From a virus (taxonomy: Duplodnaviria; Caudoviricetes), in the IMG/VR virus record IMGVR_UViG_3300025016_000004: a stretch of 64,000 nt of DNA. The stretch is one strand, 5' to 3'. The translations under genes were made by a program, and so were the position numbers. Each line of letters opens with the position of its first letter. The first letter of the stretch is position 1. This document shows positions 40,073 to 50,047 of the stretch, one piece after another. The notes beneath the pieces are model-generated. The model was not told the origin of the DNA. It searched no databases and saw nothing but the letters and a program-made list of their open reading frames with translations.

Positions 40073-40894
40073 ATGGCAGTACTTAAGGTAATTCATTGCG
40101 CAGACATACATATCAGAACATTTAGAATGCATGAAGAGTATAAAGAAGCTTTTCAAAAGTTTATCGATGAAGTAAAAGATTACTGCAAAGACTTTGATTA
40201 TGAAGAAATTAGAATTGCGGTAGTTGGTGATTTGGTTCACCAGAAAATTACAATATCCAATGAACAATTAATACTTAGTTGTTGGTTTCTTAATGAGTTA
40301 TCAAAAATAGGTAAAGTTGTTATCGTTGCTGGTAACCATGACTTATTAGAAAACAACCGAGATAGGGTTGATAGTATTTCCCCAATGATTCAATTATTGG
40401 ATAATGAAAATATAGCTTATTATAAAGAAAGTAAATGTTATACCGATGAAAACATTGTTTGGTGCAATTATTCGATTTTTGAAGAGAACTCTAGACCTGA
40501 CATTGAGAGGTACGTAGTTGATAATCAACCAGATGAAGAAGTTACTTTTGTTGGGTTATATCATGCACCACTTGTTGGCGCATCTACCGATATTGGGTAT
40601 GAGTTTAGTGAAGGTACAACGTTAGAGCATTTCGAAGGGTGTGATATGGTATTGTTAGGCGACATTCATAAAAGACAAGCGTTTGATTATAAAGGAACCC
40701 CAATAGCTTACCCATCATCACTTATTCAACAGAATTTTGGTGAAACGGTAAGTAAACATGGTTATTTAATTTGGGATGTTGAATCTAGAACGTATATTGA
40801 AAGGGATATAACAACAAGATACGGTTTTTATCAATTTAAAATAAAATCATTGGATGATATTGAAAACGAAAATGAAATTTTAACAAATGAATAA
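40073..40894 (+). CDS. sbcD: SbcD/Mre11/gp47-like metallophosphoesterase nuclease
   Basis: ADIHI, GDLVH, AGNHD, YHAP, LGDIH motifs. Confidence 0.9.
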   Translation: MAVLKVIHCADIHIRTFRMHEEYKEAFQKFIDEVKDYCKDFDYEEIRIAVVGDLVHQKITISNEQLILSCWFLNELSKIGKVVIVAGNHDLLENNRDRVDSISPMIQLLDNENIAYYKESKCYTDENIVWCNYSIFEENSRPDIERYVVDNQPDEEVTFVGLYHAPLVGASTDIGYEFSEGTTLEHFEGCDMVLLGDIHKRQAFDYKGTPIAYPSSLIQQNFGETVSKHGYLIWDVESRTYIERDITTRYGFYQFKIKSLDDIENENEILTNE

Positions 40895-40946
40895 ATTTTA
40901 ACAAATAAATAAATTTTAACAAATAAATAAATTTTAACAAATGAAT
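40875..40946 (+). repeat. 4 x 18-bp tandem repeat AAATTTTAACAAAT(G/A)AAT across a gene junction
   Basis: Units start at 40875, 40893, 40911 and 40929. Confidence 0.9.
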
Positions 40947-41309
40947 AAATGTGAAATTACTGAAAAATGGAAGAATCTAGGGTTTTTAGATGGGTTATCT
41001 TTATCTGATAAACAAAACTTTGAGTTAGCTCAAGCAATGGAATATGCGGCTAAAATTTTAATACGTGATGGTAAGAAATGTAATCGAAAATATAACGATA
41101 AAGTAGATATAATAACATTCCCAATATTGAGGTTATTGATAGATAAACATGAGATGAGTAAACCGTTTATTCTACATTTGTTAGAAAAACTTAAAAAATT
41201 AACTGAAAGTTCGGTTTATGATGGTATTGAAGATTTACATCCTAGTACTGGAGTAGACCCCGAAGTTGAATTAATAAGACTTTTTGTAGAATTACATTAT
41301 GGAAAATAA
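40941..41309 (+). CDS. Hypothetical protein with an N-terminus resembling major-capsid N-terminal segments
   Basis: EKWKNLGFLDGL..LAQAME; similar to the N-terminus of 59222-59605. Confidence 0.5.
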   Translation: MNKCEITEKWKNLGFLDGLSLSDKQNFELAQAMEYAAKILIRDGKKCNRKYNDKVDIITFPILRLLIDKHEMSKPFILHLLEKLKKLTESSVYDGIEDLHPSTGVDPEVELIRLFVELHYGK

Positions 41310-41310
41310 T

Positions 41311-41887
41311 ATGCGCACAAAAAAAAGATTATGATGATTATATCTTTATCATAAATCAACGAGTTGATAAAATTAGAGGTTCAATAGCTACTTTACATGA
41401 ATATGAATGGATTGCTAGATTAACTTACGAACAGTGGTTAAAATACTTAAAAGGTGATTTAAAAATTAATGACCCATTAGATGTTACTGATGTTATTCGT
41501 TCTAGAGAATTTAGATATTATTTTAATGTTGGTGAAATAGTGAAATTGGATTTTACGGTTATGACTAAAGAACAAAAAGAGTTTTATAAAGATTTAGAAG
41601 GTATGCATGCTGTTGTAACTAAATGTTGGTCTGATTTACATGCTTTTTCTTGTGGTTCTAGTTATGACCATGAATTAAGGTTTGAAAACGGTGTTGAATC
41701 ACCTATAAAACCACTAAAATATTGCCCACATACATTTGAACCTCCTTTATGGCGTGTCCGAACTTATATGATAATAGGTGTAAGTGAAGATGAGAAGAAA
41801 TACTATAAAAAAGAATTTGAAAATAGAACCCCAAATCAAAAACTTTGGTGGTACGTTACACCTAATAGTTGGTTAAATGATAAATAA
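41311..41887 (+). pseudogene. Hypothetical protein frameshifted at an A8 run (41319-41326)
   Basis: ATG 41311 joins the long open frame ending at 41887 if one A is removed: MRTKKDYDDYIF..IVKLDFTVM. Confidence 0.55.
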
Positions 41888-42458
41888 AGAACTTTTAAAG
41901 GAAATAGAAGCGTATTGTGAACTTAACGAATTGGAAGTCCCTAAAACGCTAAATGAGGCACTTAGAAGCGGTTTTACGATACTTAAGTATGGAATGGGTC
42001 CGAATACAGCTAAACCTAAAGAAAGGGTCATAGAGGTCATTAAAGAGGTTATTAAAGAAGTGCCTGTCGAAGTAATAAAAGAGGTTGAAGTCATAAAGGA
42101 GGTTCCAGTTGATAGAATTGTGGAGATTATAAAAGAAATTGAAGTAATAAAGGAAGTGCCAGTTGATAGGGAAGTGATAAAAGAGGTCGCTGTTGATAGA
42201 GAAGTCATAAAAGAAGTCCCAGTAGAAAAAAGTATTAACATTAATGTTGATGGCCATAAAATAAGTTATATGGAATACATTGACCAATTGAATGTTACTA
42301 TAAGTGAATTAGAAGTTAATAAAAAGAAAACATCCAAAGAATTATTGGATATTAATAATAAAGCTGATAACCTTCAAAAAGAATTATCAGACTATAAATC
42401 CAGATTAGATAAATGCCTTAAAGAGAAGGCATCTGGGTTAGATTTATACGGAGAATAA
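41877..42458 (+). CDS. Protein with (E)VIKEVPV(E/D) repeats and C-terminal coiled coil
   Basis: Repeat tract at about 42021-42229. Confidence 0.65.
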   Translation: MINKELLKEIEAYCELNELEVPKTLNEALRSGFTILKYGMGPNTAKPKERVIEVIKEVIKEVPVEVIKEVEVIKEVPVDRIVEIIKEIEVIKEVPVDREVIKEVAVDREVIKEVPVEKSININVDGHKISYMEYIDQLNVTISELEVNKKKTSKELLDINNKADNLQKELSDYKSRLDKCLKEKASGLDLYGE

Positions 42459-43033
42459 TGAATAAAAAAATAGTAGTACCAGAGAATGCTAGAGTAAAAG
42501 TTTATTGGGATGATAGGCCTGAGAACTATTCTAGACAAGCTAAATTAAATGTAGGAAATTACTTTAGTAAAAAATATGGGATAAGTAAAAATAACATAAA
42601 TGTAGTTTACAGACCTGTTAAAATTGGTAAAAATGGTGAAGTGATAGAAATTAGCGGTGCTGGAATTGAAAATATTCTAGATAGAAACTATCAACTTGAA
42701 TTAATGAAAGAATGGTTTAAGCGTGAAAAGAAAACCATAGATTTTAACCGTATTATTGATTTAGATAAAAAAGTTAATGACGCACTAGATAATCAAAGTG
42801 AGATTATTAACAATAGGTCTTGGGAATTAAAATGGTTATTCATTGATAATTTCCTATGTTTCGGTGAAAAAAACTTCGTATCATTTGGCAGATTAAAAGG
42901 GCTTAATATTGTAACTTCAGAACCAGCAAATCAAGGTGGTAAATGCTTACGTGGTGATTCTAAAATTAAAATTAATTTTAGTGTTGATAAAATAATAGAA
43001 AAGTTAGGGTTTTTACCAGAAGAATTAAAGTAA
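42458..43033 (+). CDS. sbcC: SbcC/Rad50/gp46 N-terminal half fused to a 29-aa split-intein N-fragment
   Basis: WELKWLFIDNFLCFGEKN..PANQGGK|CLRGDSKIKINF..EELK-stop. Confidence 0.88.
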   Translation: MNKKIVVPENARVKVYWDDRPENYSRQAKLNVGNYFSKKYGISKNNINVVYRPVKIGKNGEVIEISGAGIENILDRNYQLELMKEWFKREKKTIDFNRIIDLDKKVNDALDNQSEIINNRSWELKWLFIDNFLCFGEKNFVSFGRLKGLNIVTSEPANQGGKCLRGDSKIKINFSVDKIIEKLGFLPEELK

Positions 43034-43092
43034 TTTAAGCAGCTCTTTACCTTTTTGATTAAATGGTTATATTTATTTATAAATATTTAATC

Positions 43093-44112
43093 ATGGGTAA
43101 AGTTTATAGATTTAATGAAAATGAAATAAAAGATATTATTAAAATGTATGTGGAAGATTTTGAATCAACAAATAATGTCGCTAAAAAATATAAAGTTGAT
43201 AGTAGTGTCATATCTAAAAGATTAATAGATAATAACATTATTTTAGCTAAAGGTTCTGCGTATTCTGAACAATATTGGTTAGATAGGGGTATGGATAAAA
43301 CTGATATTAAAAATCATATTAAAACATTAAGACCAGTAAATAAAGAATATTGGTTAAAGTTAGGTTATACCGAAGAAGAAAGTATATTACAAATAGAAGG
43401 TCAAAAATTGGTTTCAGAAAGAGGTTGTGTTGCTAGGTATGGCAAAATTGAGGGTAAACGTATTTGGAAAGAAAGGGAAGATAAAAGAAGTAAAAATGGT
43501 AAAAAAGGCTCTACAAGTTTAGAATATTGGATTAATAAAGGGTATTCAGAAAAAGAGGCTAAAATTAAGCGAAGTGAAAGGCAAAAAACGTTTTCAAAAA
43601 AAAAATGTATCGAAAAATATGGTAAAAAAGAAGGTTTAATTATTTTTACTGAAAGACAATGTAAATGGCAAAAAACGTTATATAAAAATGGGAAATTAAA
43701 ATCTGGGTATTCGGGTATTTCACAAGAATTATTTTTTGAAATAATTAAATATGTTGATGATACTAAATTATTAAATCAAATATTTTTTGCTGAAAAAGGT
43801 GGTGAGTATGTAATGGATAGTGAATATGGATTTTATAGGTTTGATTATGTAGACACCAAAAATAAAAAAATTGTTGAATATAATGGTGACCAATATCATG
43901 GGAACCCAAATAAATACATTGCTGAAGACACACCGCATCCATTTAGAAAAGATATAACAGCACAAGAAATGTGGGATAATGATAAACGAAAAATAGATTT
44001 GGCTAAAGAAAATGGGTTTGATGTATTAATAATTTGGGACTCGGAATATAGGTTAGGTAATAAACAAGATATAATAAATAAATGTATAAAATTTTTAAAT
44101 TACAATAAATGA
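43093..44112 (+). mobile_element. Free-standing Vsr-like (EDxHD-type) homing endonuclease between the split sbcC halves
   Basis: YWxxxGYxEEE repeats; RFDYVD..IVEYNGDQYHGNP..GFDVLIIWDSE. Confidence 0.78.
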
Positions 44113-46355
44113 TTAAAGAAATAGAGATAGGTAAATTAAACGATTTATTGAAAAAATACCCACAATTATTACCCAATGATTTCCAAGTTGATACACCATA
44201 TGGTTTTCATGATATTGAATGGTGTGGTATAACTGAGGAAAATGCTGAAGTTTATCGATGTGAATTAGAGGATGGTAAATATGTTGAAGGGGCTGATTAT
44301 CATAGATTAAAAAAAGAAGATGGTAAATTTACAACATTAAAGGGTATTGAAGTTGGAACTCCAATACAAATAATTGGGGGTAAAACATCTAATGTTAAAT
44401 CCATTGAATTATTAGAAAAACGTGATACCTTATATGATATTCAAGTAGCAAAAGTTCAACAATATTATTCAAATGATATGGTATCACATAACACAACTTT
44501 CAGTGTTGACGCCATTAAATTTTTATTATTTGGTAGAACTACAAAGACTGATAAAAATGAGCAAATATTTAACACTTACACTGATAAAAATACGTTGGTA
44601 GTAAGAGGTATGTTTGAAATTGAAGGTCAAGAAACTATTATTGAACGTAAATTAAGTCGTAGTGCTAAAAAATCTGGTGGTTGGACTGTAGTTAATAAAG
44701 TTAATTATTATAAACTACTCCCTGATGGTGAAGAGGTTTTATTAAATGATGAAGATTCCAAAAAAACAAGTGAAGTAATAAAAGATAATATTGGTGATGA
44801 AACTGATTTTGATATCACTATATTAGCTACCGCTAGAAACTTAGAAGATTTAGTTGATGCCAAACCAACTGAAAGTGGTAGGTTGTTAACTAAATTTATT
44901 GGGTTAGAAGTTATTGAAAATAAAGAAATCATTGCCAAACAAATGAATTCAGATTTTAATAAGACTAAAAAGGGTAATCACTATAACGTAGTTTCCCTAT
45001 TAACGGATAACACAACCAATGAAGAAAATATTAAATTATATTCTGACCATTTAAAAACCCATAAAGAAAATCTATCAGTTGTTGAAAGTACGATAGGTAA
45101 ATTAGATAATGAGAAAGACCGTTTATTAAATAGTAAATTAAAAGTTGATGTTGAAATTTCTCAGTTAAATCCAGAAACGATTCAAACAGAAATTGACCGT
45201 ATAACAGATAGGGGTTTAGAGTTTAAAGAAAGAATCAAAGAATATGAAGCTAAAATCAAAGAAATTGCAAATATTTCATATGATGAATATTTATACGATG
45301 AATTAGAGAAGAAAAGTAGAGATTTAACAATTAAGATTGGTGGGTTAGAAAATGATGTAGTACAATTTGGTAAGGTTATTGCTGATTTAGAGAATAGCGA
45401 AATTTGTCAAGCCTGTAAACGGCCATTAGATGATGTAGATAATTCACAATCAATAGCTGATTATAAAGCAAAGATTGGTAGTACTAGAGTCTCAATTGAA
45501 GCGTTAAAAATAGATTTGGCTGAAATCGATGGTTCTATATCTAAAATGAAGGAAAATAGAGAAATCGTAGATAGAAGAAATAGATTAGAACTGGAGAAAG
45601 ATAAGGCTGAAGTTGAGATTGGTTCTTTAAGAAATAAAATGATGGATAAGAAAGCCGATTTGAAAAAATACAAGGCTAATGAAGAAGCTATCAAAACCAA
45701 TATTAATATTGAGGCTGACATATCGGCAGTAAAAACCAACTTAATTGTTGAGAATAGACAAAAAGATGATGTAAATCAAAAAATTTATTCTACACAAACA
45801 GCAATTACAGCGGCTGAACAACAAATCATCATGAATGATAAGATGATTAAAACACTTAAGAAAGAAGAAGAAATTGAAAAGGTGTTTAAAGTTTATCTAG
45901 AGATGGTTGGTAAAAAAGGTATTAGTAAATTAGTCTTAAGGTCAGTTTTACCAATTATCAATTCGGAATTACATAGATTATTAGATGAAGTTTGTGATTT
46001 TGAAATTGAATTAGTTATAAATAGTAGAAATGAGGTTGAATATAATCTAATAAAAAGTGATGTGATTAAATCACTTAAATCTGGTAGTGGTTTAGAAAGA
46101 ACTATAGCTAGTTTAGCATTAAGATGTGTATTAGGTAAGATATCACATTTACCAACACCAAATTTTATTACGTTTGATGAAGTGTTGGGTAAAGTTGCCG
46201 CAGTTAATATAGAAGCGTTAAAACCTATGTTTGAGAAAATTACGGACATGTTTGATATAGTATTTTTCATATCACACAATGATTTAGTTAGAGATTGGGG
46301 TGATAATGTGATAACAATTAAGAAAGTTAACGACATTTCATCGATTAAAGTATAA
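44109..46355 (+). CDS. sbcC: 128-aa split-intein C-fragment fused to the SbcC/Rad50/gp46 C-terminal half
   Basis: VDTPYG, GADYH, LYDIQV, VSHN|TTFSVDAIKFLLFG; coiled coil, CQAC zinc hook, LKSGSGLE signature, ITFDEVL Walker B. Confidence 0.9.
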   Translation: MIKEIEIGKLNDLLKKYPQLLPNDFQVDTPYGFHDIEWCGITEENAEVYRCELEDGKYVEGADYHRLKKEDGKFTTLKGIEVGTPIQIIGGKTSNVKSIELLEKRDTLYDIQVAKVQQYYSNDMVSHNTTFSVDAIKFLLFGRTTKTDKNEQIFNTYTDKNTLVVRGMFEIEGQETIIERKLSRSAKKSGGWTVVNKVNYYKLLPDGEEVLLNDEDSKKTSEVIKDNIGDETDFDITILATARNLEDLVDAKPTESGRLLTKFIGLEVIENKEIIAKQMNSDFNKTKKGNHYNVVSLLTDNTTNEENIKLYSDHLKTHKENLSVVESTIGKLDNEKDRLLNSKLKVDVEISQLNPETIQTEIDRITDRGLEFKERIKEYEAKIKEIANISYDEYLYDELEKKSRDLTIKIGGLENDVVQFGKVIADLENSEICQACKRPLDDVDNSQSIADYKAKIGSTRVSIEALKIDLAEIDGSISKMKENREIVDRRNRLELEKDKAEVEIGSLRNKMMDKKADLKKYKANEEAIKTNINIEADISAVKTNLIVENRQKDDVNQKIYSTQTAITAAEQQIIMNDKMIKTLKKEEEIEKVFKVYLEMVGKKGISKLVLRSVLPIINSELHRLLDEVCDFEIELVINSRNEVEYNLIKSDVIKSLKSGSGLERTIASLALRCVLGKISHLPTPNFITFDEVLGKVAAVNIEALKPMFEKITDMFDIVFFISHNDLVRDWGDNVITIKKVNDISSIKV

Positions 46356-46359
46356 AAAA

Positions 46360-46391
46360 CTTGTTTTACCAGGTAAATTATAGTATAATTG
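46360..46391 (+). promoter_or_regulatory. Sigma promoter for the sigma-factor operon
   Basis: CTTG-N20-TATAATTG. Confidence 0.7.
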
Positions 46392-46404
46392 CACAAAAAA
46401 TTAA

Positions 46405-46890
46405 ATGAACGATAGAAAATATTGTATAGTGGTTTTAGATAACACGGCTGGTGTTGAAAAGGATTTGGGGTTAATAATCTCTAATCCTATTAATATTGTT
46501 AATAGTCAAAGTGAAACTGTTGCGATAGCTACATTTGAATCACCTTTAAGTCCAGCTAGGATTAAGAAGGCTTTGAATGTGGGTAATCGTAGAAGTTTCT
46601 TTGTGTTTGAGTTAAACGCTAAAACATGCTCAGCGCATGTTGACGAAGAAGACTTACATGTGTTTTTGTTTAGGGATTTGGATATTGAATCAGAGATAGT
46701 TATCGAAGATGAAAATAGGGAATTCCTTGAGGAATATAAAGTTGCCAATTTACCGTTTAAATACGATGAAGAAGCTTTATTAGCTCTAAACGAGGAAGAA
46801 AGAGAATTGTTGATAGATAAACTATTAAGTAATGCAAGAAACCTCACGAATAACCAAAAGAAGACTTTAAGTTTTCTAGCGAGTTTATAA
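46405..46890 (+). CDS. Hypothetical protein
   Basis: 161-aa ORF downstream of the promoter. Confidence 0.6.
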   Translation: MNDRKYCIVVLDNTAGVEKDLGLIISNPINIVNSQSETVAIATFESPLSPARIKKALNVGNRRSFFVFELNAKTCSAHVDEEDLHVFLFRDLDIESEIVIEDENREFLEEYKVANLPFKYDEEALLALNEEERELLIDKLLSNARNLTNNQKKTLSFLASL

Positions 46891-46897
46891 ATGAGTA

Positions 46898-47707
46898 ATG
46901 AAAGAACACATAATAACGGATAGGAGTGATACGCTTACTAAATATTTTAAAGATATAAATAAATCAGATTTATTAACAGTTGAAGAAGAAACCAACATAG
47001 CTAATAGAATTCAAAATGGTGATAAAGAAGCTATTGATGAATTAGTTAAAGCAAATTTAAAATTTGTAATTAGTGTGGCTAAAGAATTTCAAGGGTTAGG
47101 ATTACCGCTACCAGATTTGATTAGTGAAGGTAATTTAGGTTTAATGAAAGCTTCAACTAGATTTGACCCTACTAGGGGGTTTAGATTTATATCTTATGCT
47201 GTATATTGGATTAAACAATCCATAATGCAAAGCTTGAATGAAAATTCAAGAATGATTAGATTACCAGCTAATATTATCCATAAAATAGGTCAATTAAATA
47301 AAAAAACATCTGAAGAATTTTCAAAAGAAAAAGCTGAGGACGAAGAAACCGTATATCCAACTTGCGTATCATTAAACACAACATTAAATTCACAAATGGG
47401 TGAATCTTTTAGTACTGAGTTAAGTGATATGATAATTGATGATAGCGTTGATAAATTAGATGTTTTAGAACATGAAACTGAAAGATTAAAACGAGCCGTT
47501 AATAATACACTTAATTGTTTAGATGAACGTGAGCGTGGTATTATTGAATGTTACTTCGGGTTAAATACGCATTGTGAACCAATGACATTAGAAGCTATTG
47601 GTGATAGATATGATTTAACCAAAGAGAGAATTAGACAGATTAAAGAAAAGGCTATTAGACGCTTAAGACATAACAACATGGAGTTGTATTCTTTGATTAA
47701 TTCATAA
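46898..47707 (+). CDS. Sigma-70 family RNA polymerase sigma factor, Bacteroidota primary-sigma-like
   Basis: LVKANLKFVISVAK, DLISEGNLGL, RFDPTRGFRFISYAVYWIKQSI, TLEAIG..LTKERIRQIKEKAIRRL; no region 1.1. Confidence 0.92.
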   Translation: MKEHIITDRSDTLTKYFKDINKSDLLTVEEETNIANRIQNGDKEAIDELVKANLKFVISVAKEFQGLGLPLPDLISEGNLGLMKASTRFDPTRGFRFISYAVYWIKQSIMQSLNENSRMIRLPANIIHKIGQLNKKTSEEFSKEKAEDEETVYPTCVSLNTTLNSQMGESFSTELSDMIIDDSVDKLDVLEHETERLKRAVNNTLNCLDERERGIIECYFGLNTHCEPMTLEAIGDRYDLTKERIRQIKEKAIRRLRHNNMELYSLINS

Positions 47708-47735
47708 ACTACCATATTTATATAAAAATAAAATT

Positions 47736-48998
47736 ATGAAAATACATTTTGGATATTTAGTGGGGTTAGCAGCATTAGCAATAGGTGGTTGTGCGGCTTT
47801 TTTCTCAGTTTATGGAATAAGTCAATTATTTGCTGGGGCTTTTACAGCTGTAGTAATAATGGCATCGTCATTAGAATTTGGGAAACTAGTATTAGCTAGT
47901 CACCTACAAAGATATTGGAAAAAGATAAATAAGATAAGACGAACTTACCTATCAACTTTAGTTATATTTCTTATGATAATAACTTCAGCTGGTATTTACG
48001 GATTACTATCATCAGCATATCAAAAAACATACACGAGTTATACAATAATGGATAATGAGGTTTCTTTTTTAAAGCAAAAAGAAGAATTCTTTCAATCAGA
48101 TATAGATAGATACGAAAAAGATATAGCTCAAATAAATGATAATATTGGTACTCTTTCAGGGGCTAAAGTATCTAGTTTACAATATAAGGATAAACAAAGT
48201 GGTGAAATTATAAACTCAATATCAACAACAGAGCTTAGGGTTGCTCAAGCTAGAATAGCTACAGAAGAAGCTAACAAAAAAGAATTAGAAGCTAAGCGAA
48301 TTGTAGCGATTGATAGCCTTAATACATATAAAACTAAAATATTAATTTTACAGAATAATACAGATATTTCTGGTGAATTAGGGCCATTGATTTATTTAAA
48401 AGATTTAACAGGTTTACCTATGGATAAGGTTGTTAATTTTTTCATAATTTTATTGGTATTTGTATTTGACCCATTAGCAATTATGCTAGTGTTAGAAGCT
48501 AATAGAATATTTGAAGATAAACGAAATGAACGTGAAGGAAAAGAAAATAAACCTTCCGATACCATTACTTTGTCAACTGGCGAAGTTTTTGATGTTGTTA
48601 AAAAAAATGACGCTGTAAATGACGCTGTAAAGCAAGAACCTAAAGTAAGTATGTTGAGTAGTATGAGTAATTTATTTTCAAGAAAAGCAAAGGCACCTGA
48701 ACCAGAAGTAAATGTTGAATCAGAAGTGAGGATTGAACCACCTAAAACGGTTGCAACACCAATCGGTGCTCGCACTGTTTTACAAAGTGGTTTTAGTACT
48801 GCAATTCCTGAACCTAAAATTACAGAGGCTGAGTCAGCACCTGAACCTGAGCCAGCATCACAACCTAAACCAGAAGTAGCTAAAACCCAAATAACTTCAG
48901 TTAAGCCAGATGGAATTAGTGATGAAGATATAAATAAGATTAGACAAAACCAAAATAGGAATTTTAGTAGAAGTATTCCAGCAAGACGTGGATATTAA
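47736..48998 (+). CDS. Multi-pass membrane protein with coiled coil and Pro/Glu-rich tail
   Basis: N-terminal TM helices; GELGPLIYL..FFIILLVFVFDPLAIMLVL. Confidence 0.65.
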   Translation: MKIHFGYLVGLAALAIGGCAAFFSVYGISQLFAGAFTAVVIMASSLEFGKLVLASHLQRYWKKINKIRRTYLSTLVIFLMIITSAGIYGLLSSAYQKTYTSYTIMDNEVSFLKQKEEFFQSDIDRYEKDIAQINDNIGTLSGAKVSSLQYKDKQSGEIINSISTTELRVAQARIATEEANKKELEAKRIVAIDSLNTYKTKILILQNNTDISGELGPLIYLKDLTGLPMDKVVNFFIILLVFVFDPLAIMLVLEANRIFEDKRNEREGKENKPSDTITLSTGEVFDVVKKNDAVNDAVKQEPKVSMLSSMSNLFSRKAKAPEPEVNVESEVRIEPPKTVATPIGARTVLQSGFSTAIPEPKITEAESAPEPEPASQPKPEVAKTQITSVKPDGISDEDINKIRQNQNRNFSRSIPARRGY

Positions 48999-49593
48999 TA
49001 AAGAATATAGGTTAAAAGAGACTTCTTATTTTAAACAAAAATTTAGGAAAACCCAAATTGTGATTGGTAATACATCCAATAAGGGTATGACCCATTTTGA
49101 TATTTGGAATAGAAAAATAAGTGGTAAATATAAAGGTACTAGTCCATATACAATAGGGTTAAATGGTATTGTATATGAACATTATGACCCAATTTATTAT
49201 TCTTCATTCGTAAAAGATACAAATCTTGATAAAAAGATAATTTCCATTGTTTTAGAGAACGAAGGTTGGGTAACCAAGGATTTTAATAAAAAAAAGTATA
49301 TTATGTGGGATGGGGATATTTATAATAGGATGGACCCATTAGTTGAACGTAAATGGAGAGGTAAATTACGATGGGCACCATATTCTGAAAAACAATTGGA
49401 CAGTTTAGTATTATTATGTAATAAACTTACAGATGATTTTAAAATTCCGAAGGTTGTTTCTTCAGATAATATAATAATAAATGAAATTACATCTAAAGAT
49501 GGTATATTTTATCGAGGTAATTACTCTAAAAATTTTTTAGACGTATCACCCGCATTTGATTTTAATTACTTAAAGACCAAAATAGAAGAATAA
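48988..49593 (+). CDS. Amidase_2-like protein with apparently degenerate catalytic residues
   Basis: KTQIVIGNT, PYTIGLNGIVYEHYDP, PYSEKQLDSLVLLC, DVSPAFDF; expected Zn-binding His residues not seen. Confidence 0.6.
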   Translation: MDINKEYRLKETSYFKQKFRKTQIVIGNTSNKGMTHFDIWNRKISGKYKGTSPYTIGLNGIVYEHYDPIYYSSFVKDTNLDKKIISIVLENEGWVTKDFNKKKYIMWDGDIYNRMDPLVERKWRGKLRWAPYSEKQLDSLVLLCNKLTDDFKIPKVVSSDNIIINEITSKDGIFYRGNYSKNFLDVSPAFDFNYLKTKIEE

Positions 49594-50042
49594 TGGAAAG
49601 ATTAGACGAACAAGATATCACTAAAAAAATGTTATCTACAATTAGAAAGAGAACTCTAATAAATGAAGCGAATAATTCAAATGCTGATGAAGAAGAATTA
49701 ACTTCAGCTGAATTAAGTGAGCAACAAACCAATTTTAGGGATACTGTATCACCTAGAGTTAATTTTACAGGATTCAAAGTATATCCTAAGAATAAAAATG
49801 TAGTATTTTCAGGTAAATTTGAAAATATGGGTGGTTTAGAATGGGAATTCACATTAGAAGATACCAACGGGCTATACATTACAGCCAATAACGTACCATT
49901 CAGCGATGATACGATAGAAATGATTAAAAAACTTAAAGGTTTCTATGATAATTGGGCTGATGAATGGGCGCAAAAATTAGCTACCGAATATAATAGAGGT
50001 TCTGAAAGTGATGAACAAGTTCAAGAACCAGACGCAGTATAA
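49593..50042 (+). CDS. Acidic hypothetical protein, possible internal head protein
   Basis: KKMLSTIRKRTLINEA; TAATG coupling. Confidence 0.55.
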   Translation: MERLDEQDITKKMLSTIRKRTLINEANNSNADEEELTSAELSEQQTNFRDTVSPRVNFTGFKVYPKNKNVVFSGKFENMGGLEWEFTLEDTNGLYITANNVPFSDDTIEMIKKLKGFYDNWADEWAQKLATEYNRGSESDEQVQEPDAV

Positions 50043-50047
50043 AAATT

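Noticed and set aside
40875-40946. 18-bp repeats as a mini-CRISPR
   Set aside because: Head-to-tail with no spacers; treated as a VNTR.
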